A stretch of 64,000 nucleotides of DNA from Fidelibacterota bacterium (GTDB lineage: Bacteria > Fidelibacterota > UBA2242), in NCBI GenBank assembly GCA_035448825.1, contig DAOTJS010000005.1, positions 6,096-70,095 of the forward strand, read 5' to 3'. Positions within the stretch are counted from its first letter, which is position 1. The number at the start of each line of letters is the position of its first letter. Under the pieces are notes generated by a model, which was given only the letters and a program-made list of their open reading frames with translations, was not told the DNA's origin and did not search any database. Position numbers and translations under genes: made by a program. Positions 18,181 to 27,647 of the stretch are shown one piece after another.

Positions 18181-18656
18181 TGGAGTGCGCTAATAATATT
18201 AGCGCTCAAAACTTTGAGGTTGTAGATAGGTACTTTCCTCACTTCGTTCGGAAATGCATTAACGTTGTTGATGCCATCCGGTAGGGGGGAAATGGAGTGC
18301 GCTAATAATATTAGCGCTCGAAACTTTGAGGCTATGGATAGGGTACTTTCTTCGCTTTGCTCAGAAATGCATCAACGCTGTTAATGCCATCCGGTAGGGG
18401 AAAAATGGAGTGCGCTAATAATATTAGCGCTCAAAACTGTAAGGTTGTAGATGGGTACTTTCCTCGCTTTGTTCGGAAATGCATTAACGTTGTTAATGCA
18501 ATCCGGTAAGAGAAAAAATGGATTGCGCTAATAATATTAGTGTTCACAACGGACAGGCTGGCGATAGGTACTTTCCTCGCTTTGCTCGGAAATGCATCAA
18601 CGTTGTTGATGCAATCCGGTAAGAGAAAAAATGGAATGCGCTAATAATATTAGCGC
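18179..18656 (+). repeat. tandem array of 113-nt double-hairpin repeats (4 full units plus a first half-unit)
   Basis: Units start at 18179, 18291, 18404, 18517 and 18630. Each carries hairpin 1 GCGCTAATA-A-TATTAGCGC and hairpin 2 GCAT(T/C)AAC-GNT-GTT(A/G)ATGC. Confidence 0.95.
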
Positions 18657-18694
18657 ATATAGCTGAAAGAAAAATTATCTGCGTAGTTGAAACA

Positions 18695-19270
18695 ATGCTG
18701 AGAATGGATTATATTTACTCTGGAATGGAGGTCTACAAAACATACGAACATAATCCACCTCATTTATTCCGGGAGAACGGAATCTATTTTATAACCGCAT
18801 CAACCTATGGTAAACTTCATCATCTTACCGATACCAACGTGAAGACGTTTTTACGCGATTCTATTTTCAAAGCCTTTAGCGAGGCTGATTGGGAAGTAAC
18901 TGATTGGGTAATTCTTGATAATCATTATCATTTATTAGTAAAAGCAACCGAGCATCCGGAAATATTACCCGAAATTATAAGGGCAATTCACCGTTTTTCA
19001 GCTATTTATATCAGGAAAAACGGGTTAGCTAAGGAAGGTGCTGCCCGAATCTGGTATAATTACTGGGATAGCTGTATTAATACGCTTAATGATTTCTATA
19101 CAGTTGTTCATTATATCTGGTATAATCCAGTAAAGCACGGTTATGTAACGAGTCCCTTTCTGTGGGAATTCGGTAGTTTTCGTAAAAGGTTTATTTCCGA
19201 GGCGGATTATTGTACAAAAATAATGTCTGAATATCCATTGAGCAAAGTAAAGTATTGGGATGATTTCTAA
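18695..19270 (+). CDS. IS200-like / REP-associated tyrosine (Y1, HUH) transposase
   Basis: 191 aa with HUH motif DNHYHLLV and tyrosine motif VVHYIWYNPVKHGY. The start is uncertain (Met at 18695, 18704 or 18725). Confidence 0.8.
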   Translation: MLRMDYIYSGMEVYKTYEHNPPHLFRENGIYFITASTYGKLHHLTDTNVKTFLRDSIFKAFSEADWEVTDWVILDNHYHLLVKATEHPEILPEIIRAIHRFSAIYIRKNGLAKEGAARIWYNYWDSCINTLNDFYTVVHYIWYNPVKHGYVTSPFLWEFGSFRKRFISEADYCTKIMSEYPLSKVKYWDDF

Positions 19271-19299
19271 AGTGGTTATTTTTAGTGCGCAAAAAAATT

Positions 19300-19480
19300 G
19301 ATAGGTACTTTCCTCGCTTTGCTCGGAAATGCATCAACGCTGTTGATGCCAATCCGGTAAGAGAAAAAATGGAATGCGCTAATAATATTAGCGCTCAAAA
19401 CTGTGAGGTTGTAGATAGGTGCTTTCCTCACTTCGTTCGGAAATGCATTAACGCTGTTAATGCAATCCGGTTGGGAATGA
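19300..19480 (+). repeat. continuation of the 113-nt repeat array (second half-unit plus one full unit)
   Basis: GATAGGTACTTTCCTCGC..GCATCAACGCTGTTGATGC spans 19300-19367. A full unit spans 19368-19480. Confidence 0.9.
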
Positions 19481-19481
19481 A

Positions 19482-20804
19482 CTAACTCAGCAACAGTTCC
19501 TTGAACTCGTCATACTCACTGGAAATCACCCGAGACAGAATTTTGCGATCCAGGAATTTTTTCAGGCGGTCGGGAATGGGAACTGTAGCCCCGATGACTG
19601 GTTCGACGATGTCGCGAAACTTCGCAGGGTGAGCCGTTTCCAGAAAAATACCGGTGTCTATTTCTGGATGTTTGGCGAGATAATTTTGAATGCCAAGATA
19701 GCCGACGGCGCCATGAGGGTCAAGAATATAACCGAAATTTCGATAGACTTCGGCAATCGCGCTGCGAGTTTCATCGTCATTAAAATAACTTCCAGCCAGA
19801 TCGCGCCGCATTTTCTCAACGGAATGATCGTAGAGTTCCAGCATCCGGGCGAAATTGCTGGGATTGCCAACGTCCATAGCGTTGGAAATAGTCTGAATTG
19901 AGGTGCGTGGTTCATATTTCCCGGTCGCCAGGTAATCCGGAACGACGTGATTGATGTTAGTAGCGGCGATGAAGCGTGCGACCGGCAAGCCCATTTTTTT
20001 AGCAATTAGTCCGGCAGTCAAGTTGCCGAAATTGCCGCTCGGCACGCAAATGGCGATTTTTCTAGAATGAAAATTGGGGACCTGGCGAATTGCATTGAAA
20101 TAATAGAAAGTTTGAGGAATCAGCCGGGCAATGTTGATCGAGTTAGCTGAACTGACCATCAGAGTTTTCTGAATGTCTGGGTCAACCAGGGCGGTTTTGA
20201 CCAGACGCTGGCAGTCGTCGAAAGTGCCTTCTACTTTTAAGGCGCTGACATTCTCGCCGAGAGTCCCAATTTGTTTTTCCTGAATCAGACTAATCTTTCC
20301 GGCTGGATAAAGCACGACGACATCGATGCCCGGTACCTGGAAAAAACCGTTGGCAACTGCACTGCCGGTATCGCCGGAGGTGGCAACTAGTATTGTGAGT
20401 TTGCGATTATCATTGCGAATGAAATGAGCCATCAGGCGCGACATAAAACGGGCGCCGACATCTTTGAAGGCGAGAGTAGGTCCGTGAAAAAGTTCGAGAA
20501 TTTTAATCTTTTCCGAAAGGTTTACCAGTGGCGTTTCGAAATTTAGAGCCTCGGCAATGATCTCTTGAAGAACCTCAGATGGTAAATCATCGCCAAGTAA
20601 AGCTTTAGCAATTTCATAAGACAGCGATTGAAAAGTCATTTCCGGCAAGTCTTTGAAAAATTTGTCCGGCATAATCGGCAGTGATTCCGGCAGATAAAGC
20701 CCACTATCCGGTGGCATACCCTTTAATACGGCTTCTTTCAGAGCTACTTTATGCGAACGATCAGCAGTACTGTAGTAAAGCAAATTTTTATCCTTCCTGT
20801 GCAA
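19482..20804 (-). CDS. thrC: threonine synthase
   Basis: 440 aa with the PLP-lysine block FHGPTLAFKDVGARF. Confidence 0.93.
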   Translation of the reverse strand: MHRKDKNLLYYSTADRSHKVALKEAVLKGMPPDSGLYLPESLPIMPDKFFKDLPEMTFQSLSYEIAKALLGDDLPSEVLQEIIAEALNFETPLVNLSEKIKILELFHGPTLAFKDVGARFMSRLMAHFIRNDNRKLTILVATSGDTGSAVANGFFQVPGIDVVVLYPAGKISLIQEKQIGTLGENVSALKVEGTFDDCQRLVKTALVDPDIQKTLMVSSANSINIARLIPQTFYYFNAIRQVPNFHSRKIAICVPSGNFGNLTAGLIAKKMGLPVARFIAATNINHVVPDYLATGKYEPRTSIQTISNAMDVGNPSNFARMLELYDHSVEKMRRDLAGSYFNDDETRSAIAEVYRNFGYILDPHGAVGYLGIQNYLAKHPEIDTGIFLETAHPAKFRDIVEPVIGATVPIPDRLKKFLDRKILSRVISSEYDEFKELLLS

Positions 20805-21726
20805 TGATTTTTGGGCCTTCTGTGTTAATCGTCGAGATATAGATTTGGTTGCAGATTTCGTAATTGGCTAAGACAGCCTGCATAGAACCGGCGATTTTTT
20901 GAGCAATTTCTGGCGAGTTTGAAAGCGCAAAAAGCGATGGACCGGAGCCGGAAATACTACATCCGAGAGCGCCGCTGTCCAGAGCAACCTTTTTCATCTC
21001 GTAGAAATGAGGAATGAGTTTTGCCCGCTGAGGTTCGATAATATAATCATTCATTGATCGGCTAATCAACGCTATGTCTTTCCGGTATAGCCCGGCGACC
21101 AGTCCGGCTGTGTTAGCCCATTGTTTTACGGCGACTTTTAGAGGAACGTTCGGGGAAAGAATGTTGCGGGCGTCGGCCGTATTGATTTCGATTTCAGGGT
21201 GAATAATCGTGCAGTAGAGATTTTCCGGAACCGGCAACTCTATGATGTCCGGCGGTTCATAGGAGCGAATTAAAACGAAACCGCCAAAGATAGCCGGCGC
21301 GACATTGTCGGCATGGGCGGCGCCGCAAGCCAATTTCTCCGATTGCATAGCGATCCTGAGCAGTTCGGATTTTGTCAGCCGGTTATCGAAAAGGGTGTTA
21401 AGGGCAAAGAGTACCGCCACAGCACTGGCGGCGCTAGAACCCAATCCGCTACTAAGCGGCATTTTTTTGTGCAATTCGATGGCAACACCTTGCCGGGATT
21501 TAATAGCTTCGAGATAGCGGATGGCGGCGAATCCAGCAGTGTTTTTTTCGGCGGCTTTTGGCAATTTCCCATTGTCGCCGGTTATGCGTGTAATTTCGAC
21601 TCCGGGATTTGCGCGGAGAGTGACTTTGGCAACATCGCCCGGTTCATTAACAGCAAAACCAAAAATATCGAAACCGCAAGCGACATTAGCCACAGTAGCC
21701 GGTGCGAAAACAGTGATAGACTTCAT
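20788..21726 (-). CDS. thrB: homoserine kinase
   Basis: 312 aa with the GHMP kinase motif PLSSGLGSSAASAVA. Confidence 0.93.
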   Translation of the reverse strand: MKSITVFAPATVANVACGFDIFGFAVNEPGDVAKVTLRANPGVEITRITGDNGKLPKAAEKNTAGFAAIRYLEAIKSRQGVAIELHKKMPLSSGLGSSAASAVAVLFALNTLFDNRLTKSELLRIAMQSEKLACGAAHADNVAPAIFGGFVLIRSYEPPDIIELPVPENLYCTIIHPEIEINTADARNILSPNVPLKVAVKQWANTAGLVAGLYRKDIALISRSMNDYIIEPQRAKLIPHFYEMKKVALDSGALGCSISGSGPSLFALSNSPEIAQKIAGSMQAVLANYEICNQIYISTINTEGPKIIAQEG

Positions 21727-24194
21727 CAGAAACTCTTGCTTTTCATAACAGCGTTGGCAATTTTAAAAATGTCAGCCATTACGCCGGCGGCGGTAACTTC
21801 GGCCCCGGCCCCGGCGCCTTTGATAACCAATGGATTTTCAGCGTAGCGTTTCGTAGTGAATGCGACGATGTTATCACTACCGCTCAGGAAGTAGAAGGGA
21901 TGAGTTGCTTCAACCTGAACTAATTTCAGTTCGGTTTTTTCATTTTCGTAGGTTGCGATATAGCGTAAAACTTTACCTTCCGCAGACGCTTGCCAGAGCA
22001 ATTGATCAAAATAGTCATTGGATTTTTCGAGTTCGGCAAAAAACGCTTCTATTGTCGGGGCTTCGAGGCAATTTTCCGGCAAAAGCGGTTCGATTTGAAT
22101 GTCAGAAAGTTCGGCGGGAATACCGATTTCGCGGACGAGCAGCAAAACTTTGCGGGCGAAATCCAGTCCACTAAGATCGTCGCGTGGATCAGGTTCGGTA
22201 AAACCCCGAGCTTTAGCTTCACGCACGACGGCGCTGAACTTCTTCCCCGGTTTGAAATTATTGAGAATATAACTAATTGTGCCGGAAAGAATCGCTTCGA
22301 TTCGGATAATTTGGTCGCCGGAATTGATCATATCGCGCAGAGTGCTGATAATTGGCAGAGCCGCCCCGGCATTGGTTTCATAGAGAAAATGAACGTGTTT
22401 GCTTTTCGCCAATTCGTGGAATTTCCGATATTGAGCATATGGACCAGTGTTGCCGATTTTATTCGCCGTCACAATGGAGGTGCGGCCGGCTAAAATTTTT
22501 TCATAATAATTCACAATATCGGCGCTGGCGGTGCAATCTACGAAGACATTGTTGTCGAGGTTCAGTTTCTTTATTTCAGCCAATAAAACCTGCATATCAT
22601 TTTTGACCTGACACTTATTGAGAGAATCGCGCCAGTTGTTTAGATCGATTCCGTCCGGCTCGATCAGCATTTTCCGGCTATTGGCAAGGCCGACGACTTT
22701 AATATCCAGACTATAATTTTCCAGTAAATTGATATAATTGGCTTTAATTTGTTCAATTAAAGTTGAACCGATTAAACCTACCCCGAAGAGAAACAAATTC
22801 AATTTAATTTTTTTGGCAAAAAAAGCGTTATGAATGGCATTAAGCGCCGGTTTTTCATCTTTTTGGTCAATTACGATGGAGATATTCAATTCCGAGGAAC
22901 CTTGAGCGATGGCAATGACGTTAATGGATTTTTCTCCTAGCGCGCTGAAAAGACGTCCCGCCAGGCCGGTGGTGCGGCGCATTCGTTCGCCCACAACAGC
23001 GATGATGACCAGATCATTTTCCACTACGACCGGATCAACTAGGCGGAGTTTAATTTCAAGGGCGAACTCTTCTTCGATGACTTTTTTGGCAATATTGACA
23101 GAATCGCGTAAAATGGCGACACAGATTGAGTGCTCGGATGAAGCCTGGGAAATTAAAATCACGTTGACATTGACTTTAGCGAGAGCACCGAAAAGACGAG
23201 AGGAAATGCCACTGACGCCGACCATACCGCTACCTTGAACCGTCAGCAGTGAAATGTCGCGGATTGAAGTGACACCTTTGACAAAGCCACCGTTAGCGGA
23301 AGGATTTTTGCGAATAACTGTGCCGGGGAAATCCGGATTAAAAGTGTTCAGGATACGAATAGGAATATTCTTATCAATCACCGGCTGAATAGTTGGCGGA
23401 AAGAGCACTTTGGCGCCGAAATGACTGAGTTCCAAGGCTTCTTCGTAGCTGAGTTCGGCTAATGAAAAAGCTTCTTTGACTTTGTTAGGATCAGCCGACA
23501 TAAAACCGTTGACGTCTTTCCAGATTTGAATTTCCTCAGCGTCGAGAGCGGCACCGATTAAAGATGCAGTCAAGTCCGAACCGCCGCGGCCTAAAGTTGT
23601 AGTAATGCCATCTTCCGTAGCCGCGATAAAGCCGGTGACGACTGGAATTCCAGTGAAATTTTTAAAAAAGGCCTGGATTTTTGGATTGGTAATATTCGGA
23701 AGGATATGCGCCGCTCCGAAATGATTGTCTGTTACCAGAAATTGCCGGGCGTCAACGTATTTTGTTGGATAACCTATGGATTGGCCGTATGCGGCGATAA
23801 TTGTGCAAGCCAGGCGTTCCCCGAAACTCAGGATCAGGTCGAGAGATTGCCCGGATAATTCTTTTAATAAGAAAACGCCGTGGACAATTTCTTTTAATTC
23901 CGTGAGGATGTTTTCGATTTCGGCGTTGAGGGTCTTCTGCCTGTCTGATGGTATTAATTTTTCGATAAAGTAAAAATGTTTCCGGGAAAGGTCATCGAGA
24001 ATAATTTGGTAGGTTTTATCTTTTTGGGCCGCTAATTGGCTGATTTCTTTCAATTGATCAGTGACATTATTGAAAGCTGAAAAAACTGTAATGACGGCGT
24101 TTCCGCTCTGGATTTCCTTAGCGATGATATTAAAAATGGTTTGCAGATTTTCCGGCTTGCCGACTGAACTGCCACCGAATTTTAAGACTTTCAT
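21726..24194 (-). CDS. thrA: bifunctional aspartokinase / homoserine dehydrogenase
   Basis: 822 aa: N-terminal KFGGSSVG kinase, ACT region, and C-terminal homoserine dehydrogenase (GVGLIGSTL..). Confidence 0.93.
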   Translation of the reverse strand: MKVLKFGGSSVGKPENLQTIFNIIAKEIQSGNAVITVFSAFNNVTDQLKEISQLAAQKDKTYQIILDDLSRKHFYFIEKLIPSDRQKTLNAEIENILTELKEIVHGVFLLKELSGQSLDLILSFGERLACTIIAAYGQSIGYPTKYVDARQFLVTDNHFGAAHILPNITNPKIQAFFKNFTGIPVVTGFIAATEDGITTTLGRGGSDLTASLIGAALDAEEIQIWKDVNGFMSADPNKVKEAFSLAELSYEEALELSHFGAKVLFPPTIQPVIDKNIPIRILNTFNPDFPGTVIRKNPSANGGFVKGVTSIRDISLLTVQGSGMVGVSGISSRLFGALAKVNVNVILISQASSEHSICVAILRDSVNIAKKVIEEEFALEIKLRLVDPVVVENDLVIIAVVGERMRRTTGLAGRLFSALGEKSINVIAIAQGSSELNISIVIDQKDEKPALNAIHNAFFAKKIKLNLFLFGVGLIGSTLIEQIKANYINLLENYSLDIKVVGLANSRKMLIEPDGIDLNNWRDSLNKCQVKNDMQVLLAEIKKLNLDNNVFVDCTASADIVNYYEKILAGRTSIVTANKIGNTGPYAQYRKFHELAKSKHVHFLYETNAGAALPIISTLRDMINSGDQIIRIEAILSGTISYILNNFKPGKKFSAVVREAKARGFTEPDPRDDLSGLDFARKVLLLVREIGIPAELSDIQIEPLLPENCLEAPTIEAFFAELEKSNDYFDQLLWQASAEGKVLRYIATYENEKTELKLVQVEATHPFYFLSGSDNIVAFTTKRYAENPLVIKGAGAGAEVTAAGVMADIFKIANAVMKSKSF

Positions 24195-24273
24195 ATAGCG
24201 TCTTTCTATCTGGTTGTCAATTGTTCAATTATAACTTGAGAAAATACGATTTTTTTAGGAACTAGAAAAGACT

Positions 24274-24348
24274 ATGAACCTTCAGAAGGTCATAATTGGA
24301 AATTATGTGTTAAGCACAGTTTTTTGGAATGACCTTCTGAAGGTTGAT
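24274..24348. repeat. REPIN-like inverted doublet of the CCTTCNGAAGG REP family
   Basis: ATGAACCTTCAGAAGGTCAT (24274-24293) compared with the reverse complement of ATGACCTTCTGAAGGTTGAT (24329-24348) is 19/20 identical. Confidence 0.8.
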
Positions 24349-24529
24349 ATCGGAAGGTCTCAGAAATTTTACAAAATATTTAGTATTTTGCTTAAGGTAC
24401 ATCATTTTCGGCTTTAACTTTGAATATGCAACAATTTTACCACATTTTGAGATGTATTTTTATCCCGAATTATATATGTTGTTACAAGTATGGCATTAAA
24501 AGACAATAAATACATAAGGAAAATGTGAG

Positions 24530-26008
24530 ATGAAAACAAATCCTTATAGTACAAAGCCAGTTAAATCTATTTTAAAAAAAACCTATTTGGCTATTTTTCT
24601 TTGCGGATTGTTCTTTAACCCGTCGCTTTTTGCCCAACTGCCAACAGCCCAGCAGATAGCCAGCCGAATGAAAGTCGGCTGGAATCTTGGTAATACTCTG
24701 GAAGCCATTGGTGGTGAAACCGCATGGGGCAATCCTAAAACCACTCAACGACTTATTGATTCTGTAAAGGCTGCCGGCTTTAATTCAATCCGACTTCCGG
24801 TAGCCTGGTTCGATCACTCGGATACAAATACCTGTGAAATTAATGCTGACTGGATCGCTCGTGTAAAAGAAGTTGTGGACTACTGCATTAACGATAGTCT
24901 GTATGTAATTATCAATATCCATTGGGACCATGGTTGGCTGGAAAACCGGGTAAACTCTGCCAATCAGAACAAAGTAAATGAAAGGCAGAATGCCTATTGG
25001 ACCCAAATCGCTAATTATTTCAAAAATTATGATGAACATTTATTATTTGCCGGAGCCAATGAACCCAATGTCGATAATGCCGCCGGAATGGCGATTTTAT
25101 TATCCTATCACCAGACATTTATTGATGCTGTGCGCGCGACAGGAGGCAATAATAGCTCCCGTACATTGATTATTCAGGGTCCATCAACGGATATCGAAAA
25201 AACTAATAAATTAATGAATACTATGCCCACAGACCGAATTGCTGATCGTCTAATGGTGGAAGTTCATTACTACAGTCCCTATCAATTTTGTCTAATGACT
25301 GAAGATGCCAGCTGGGGTAAAATGTTTTACTATTGGGGAAGCGGTTATCATTCCGCTAAAGAGACCAGCCGGAATGCCACCTGGGGTGAGGAAACTTATT
25401 TAAATGAATCCTTGGAATTAATGAAAACCAAGTTCGTTGATCAGGGGTTTCCGGTGATAATCGGTGAATATGGTGTCATCAAACGAACTCTTCCGGCGAA
25501 TTCAGATCAGGCTCTTCATATCGCCTCCCGTGAATATTATTACAAATATTTCGTTAAATCTGCCGTCAGTAGGGGTATCATTCCATTTAATTGGGATACT
25601 GGACCATATTGGACGAATGCGATGGGAATTTTTGATCGCCAAACGGGAGCAACAGTTGATCGGGGACTTTTGGATGCCATTATGGAAGGCGTAGAATTAG
25701 GAAACAGTACCGATATATTTGACGACTCTATGTTAGATTCGCCCGACAAATTTCGCCTCGATCAGAACTATCCCAATCCCTTCAATCTATCAACGCAAAT
25801 CAGCTACCAACTACCAACAAGCACTTTCGCTGTCTTAAAAGTGTTTGATATTAAGGGAAAGGAACTGAGAACTCTGGTCAATGAAAGACAGAGCCAAGGC
25901 AATCATTCGGTAACATTTGATGCCACTGATCTGTCGAGTGGAGTATATCTATACAGGCTTGAAACCCCAATCGGAATTAGCACCCAAAAACTTCTTTTAC
26001 TCAAATAG
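24530..26008 (+). CDS. GH5 glycoside hydrolase (endo-glucanase/hemicellulase type) with T9SS C-terminal sorting domain
   Basis: 492 aa with a signal peptide, GWNLGNTLEA, FAGANEPN (acid/base Glu), IIGEYG (nucleophile Glu) and the C-terminal domain QNYPNPFNLSTQISYQL..GVYLYRL. Confidence 0.85.
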   Translation: MKTNPYSTKPVKSILKKTYLAIFLCGLFFNPSLFAQLPTAQQIASRMKVGWNLGNTLEAIGGETAWGNPKTTQRLIDSVKAAGFNSIRLPVAWFDHSDTNTCEINADWIARVKEVVDYCINDSLYVIINIHWDHGWLENRVNSANQNKVNERQNAYWTQIANYFKNYDEHLLFAGANEPNVDNAAGMAILLSYHQTFIDAVRATGGNNSSRTLIIQGPSTDIEKTNKLMNTMPTDRIADRLMVEVHYYSPYQFCLMTEDASWGKMFYYWGSGYHSAKETSRNATWGEETYLNESLELMKTKFVDQGFPVIIGEYGVIKRTLPANSDQALHIASREYYYKYFVKSAVSRGIIPFNWDTGPYWTNAMGIFDRQTGATVDRGLLDAIMEGVELGNSTDIFDDSMLDSPDKFRLDQNYPNPFNLSTQISYQLPTSTFAVLKVFDIKGKELRTLVNERQSQGNHSVTFDATDLSSGVYLYRLETPIGISTQKLLLLK

Positions 26009-26018
26009 TAAGCAGAAA

Positions 26019-27566
26019 ATGCTAGTGATGAAAAACCGATTCAAAGTAATTATTATTCTTTCCATTGTTCAATTATTTCTCCAATTAGCCAACAATGCAA
26101 ATGCCCAATACCAAAAAAGTAGCATTGATGTAAAAAAAGGTTATTATCTGAACCCGATCTTTTCCGGTGATTATCCCGATCCAAGTATCCTTAAAGACGG
26201 CGACGATTACTATCTCGTAAATTCATCCTTTGACTATTATCCAGGTTTATTAATCTGGCACTCGAAAGATTTAATCAATTGGTCACCAGTAACGAATGCC
26301 TTGTATCAATGCGTTGGTTCGGTTTGGGCGCCGGACCTAGTAAAATATAGAGGTAAGTATTACATCTATTTCCCAGTGCCTGATAAACAGACGAACTATG
26401 TAGTATATGCTGATTCGATCAAAGGACCTTGGAGTGTCCCAATCAATTTAAAAGTTAGCCATATAGACCCAGGTCACTTCGTTGATGAAAATGGCAAACG
26501 CTATTTATATTTTAGTAGTGGCGACTATATTCCGTTATCGGATGATGGACTTTCTGTAGTTGGTGATTTTACGCATGCTTATGATGGCTGGCCGATCCCG
26601 CGCGACTGGACAATTGAACTTTTTGCTCTGGAAGGTCCCAAGGTTACCAAACGAGGAGACTATTATTATCTAACTGTTGCCGAAGGCGGCACGGCTGGTC
26701 CAGCAACCGGTCATATGATTATTTCGGCCAGGTCAAAATCGCCATTCGGTCCCTGGGAAAATTCCCCCTTTAATCCAATTATAAGAGCCAGTAGCAAGGA
26801 AGAACGTTGGTGGTCAAAGGGTCATGGTACTTTGTTTGAAGACACCGAAGGAGATTGGTGGATAATTTTCCACAGCTATGAAAAAGATTACCTAAATATG
26901 GGCCGGCAAATCCTATTAGAACCGGTCGAGTGGACCAATGACGGTTGGTTTAGAACACCTAATATTAAAACCGATAAGCCGATTAAAAAACCTTACGAAA
27001 AAGTCGTGCACTCAACCTACACCTTGAATGATGACTTTAGCGGTCCGGAATTAAAGCACCATTGGAAATTTTTTCAGGAATATGATACCAGCAGATTTTA
27101 TTTTGCCAATAATTGTTTGATAATTAAGGGTAAAAGCCAATCAGTAGAAGGCTCTTCCCCATTATTATGTATTCCGTCTGATCATTCTTATACTGCCGAA
27201 GTAGAACTCACGATTAAAGGTGACGCAATCGGCGGTTTGGTGCTTTTTTATAATGATAACTATCATTCGGGAATTCTGGCCGATGATAAAAATATCCTTG
27301 CCGATCTGCGAGGCTGGCAATTTCCAACCGAAAAAAATGTAATCGCTCGCCATGTTTTTCTAAAACTGAAAAACATAGAGAATACGGTTGATATGTATTA
27401 TAGTAAAGACGGCAAAGACTGGAATAAAATTGAGACCTCGGCTGAAGTTTCAGGATTTAATCACAATGCGCTGAGCGGATTTCTCAGTTTGCGTATTGGT
27501 TTATGTTCAATTGGCGATGGAGAAGTCGCATTTAAAAACTTCAAATATGAACCTATAAATAAGTAA
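26019..27566 (+). CDS. GH43 beta-xylosidase/alpha-L-arabinofuranosidase with C-terminal ConA-like domain
   Basis: I prefer the ATG at 26019 (MLVMKNRFKVIIILS.., a signal peptide). The 25917 start overlaps the GH5 gene. NPIFSGDYPDPSI, WAPDLVKY and LEGPKV are GH43 five-bladed propeller blocks. Confidence 0.85.
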   Translation: MLVMKNRFKVIIILSIVQLFLQLANNANAQYQKSSIDVKKGYYLNPIFSGDYPDPSILKDGDDYYLVNSSFDYYPGLLIWHSKDLINWSPVTNALYQCVGSVWAPDLVKYRGKYYIYFPVPDKQTNYVVYADSIKGPWSVPINLKVSHIDPGHFVDENGKRYLYFSSGDYIPLSDDGLSVVGDFTHAYDGWPIPRDWTIELFALEGPKVTKRGDYYYLTVAEGGTAGPATGHMIISARSKSPFGPWENSPFNPIIRASSKEERWWSKGHGTLFEDTEGDWWIIFHSYEKDYLNMGRQILLEPVEWTNDGWFRTPNIKTDKPIKKPYEKVVHSTYTLNDDFSGPELKHHWKFFQEYDTSRFYFANNCLIIKGKSQSVEGSSPLLCIPSDHSYTAEVELTIKGDAIGGLVLFYNDNYHSGILADDKNILADLRGWQFPTEKNVIARHVFLKLKNIENTVDMYYSKDGKDWNKIETSAEVSGFNHNALSGFLSLRIGLCSIGDGEVAFKNFKYEPINK

Positions 27567-27647
27567 TTTTGATACAAAGGACTAATGAAGTAAAAAAGAT
27601 TGGAAATATTACTCATTAAAATAAGCACAATAGAAAGGAATCTTGCT

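Larger units (their letters stand above)
18179..19480 (+). mobile_element. REPtron-like / IS200-IS605-like locus: Y1 transposase gene embedded in its own repeat array
   Basis: The locus fills the whole convergent intergenic space between the MliC-like stop (18180) and the thrC stop (19482). The transposase gene sits between hairpin 1 (18638-18656) and the second half of a unit (from 19300). Confidence 0.65.

Noticed and set aside
18179-18656. A CRISPR-like regularly spaced palindromic repeat (GCGCTAATAATATTAGCGC about every 113 nt).
   Set aside because: The sequence between the palindromes is itself repeated at roughly 85-90% identity, by eye. There are therefore no unique spacers, and no cas genes are nearby. 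It is a tandem array of a composite REP or mini-IS unit.
19285-19485. A 66-aa ORF downstream of the first transposase gene, and a 71-aa ORF at 44699..44914.
   Set aside because: Both are read straight through REP hairpin repeats, so the peptides mirror the palindromes. The second also ends at the rpmB start region.
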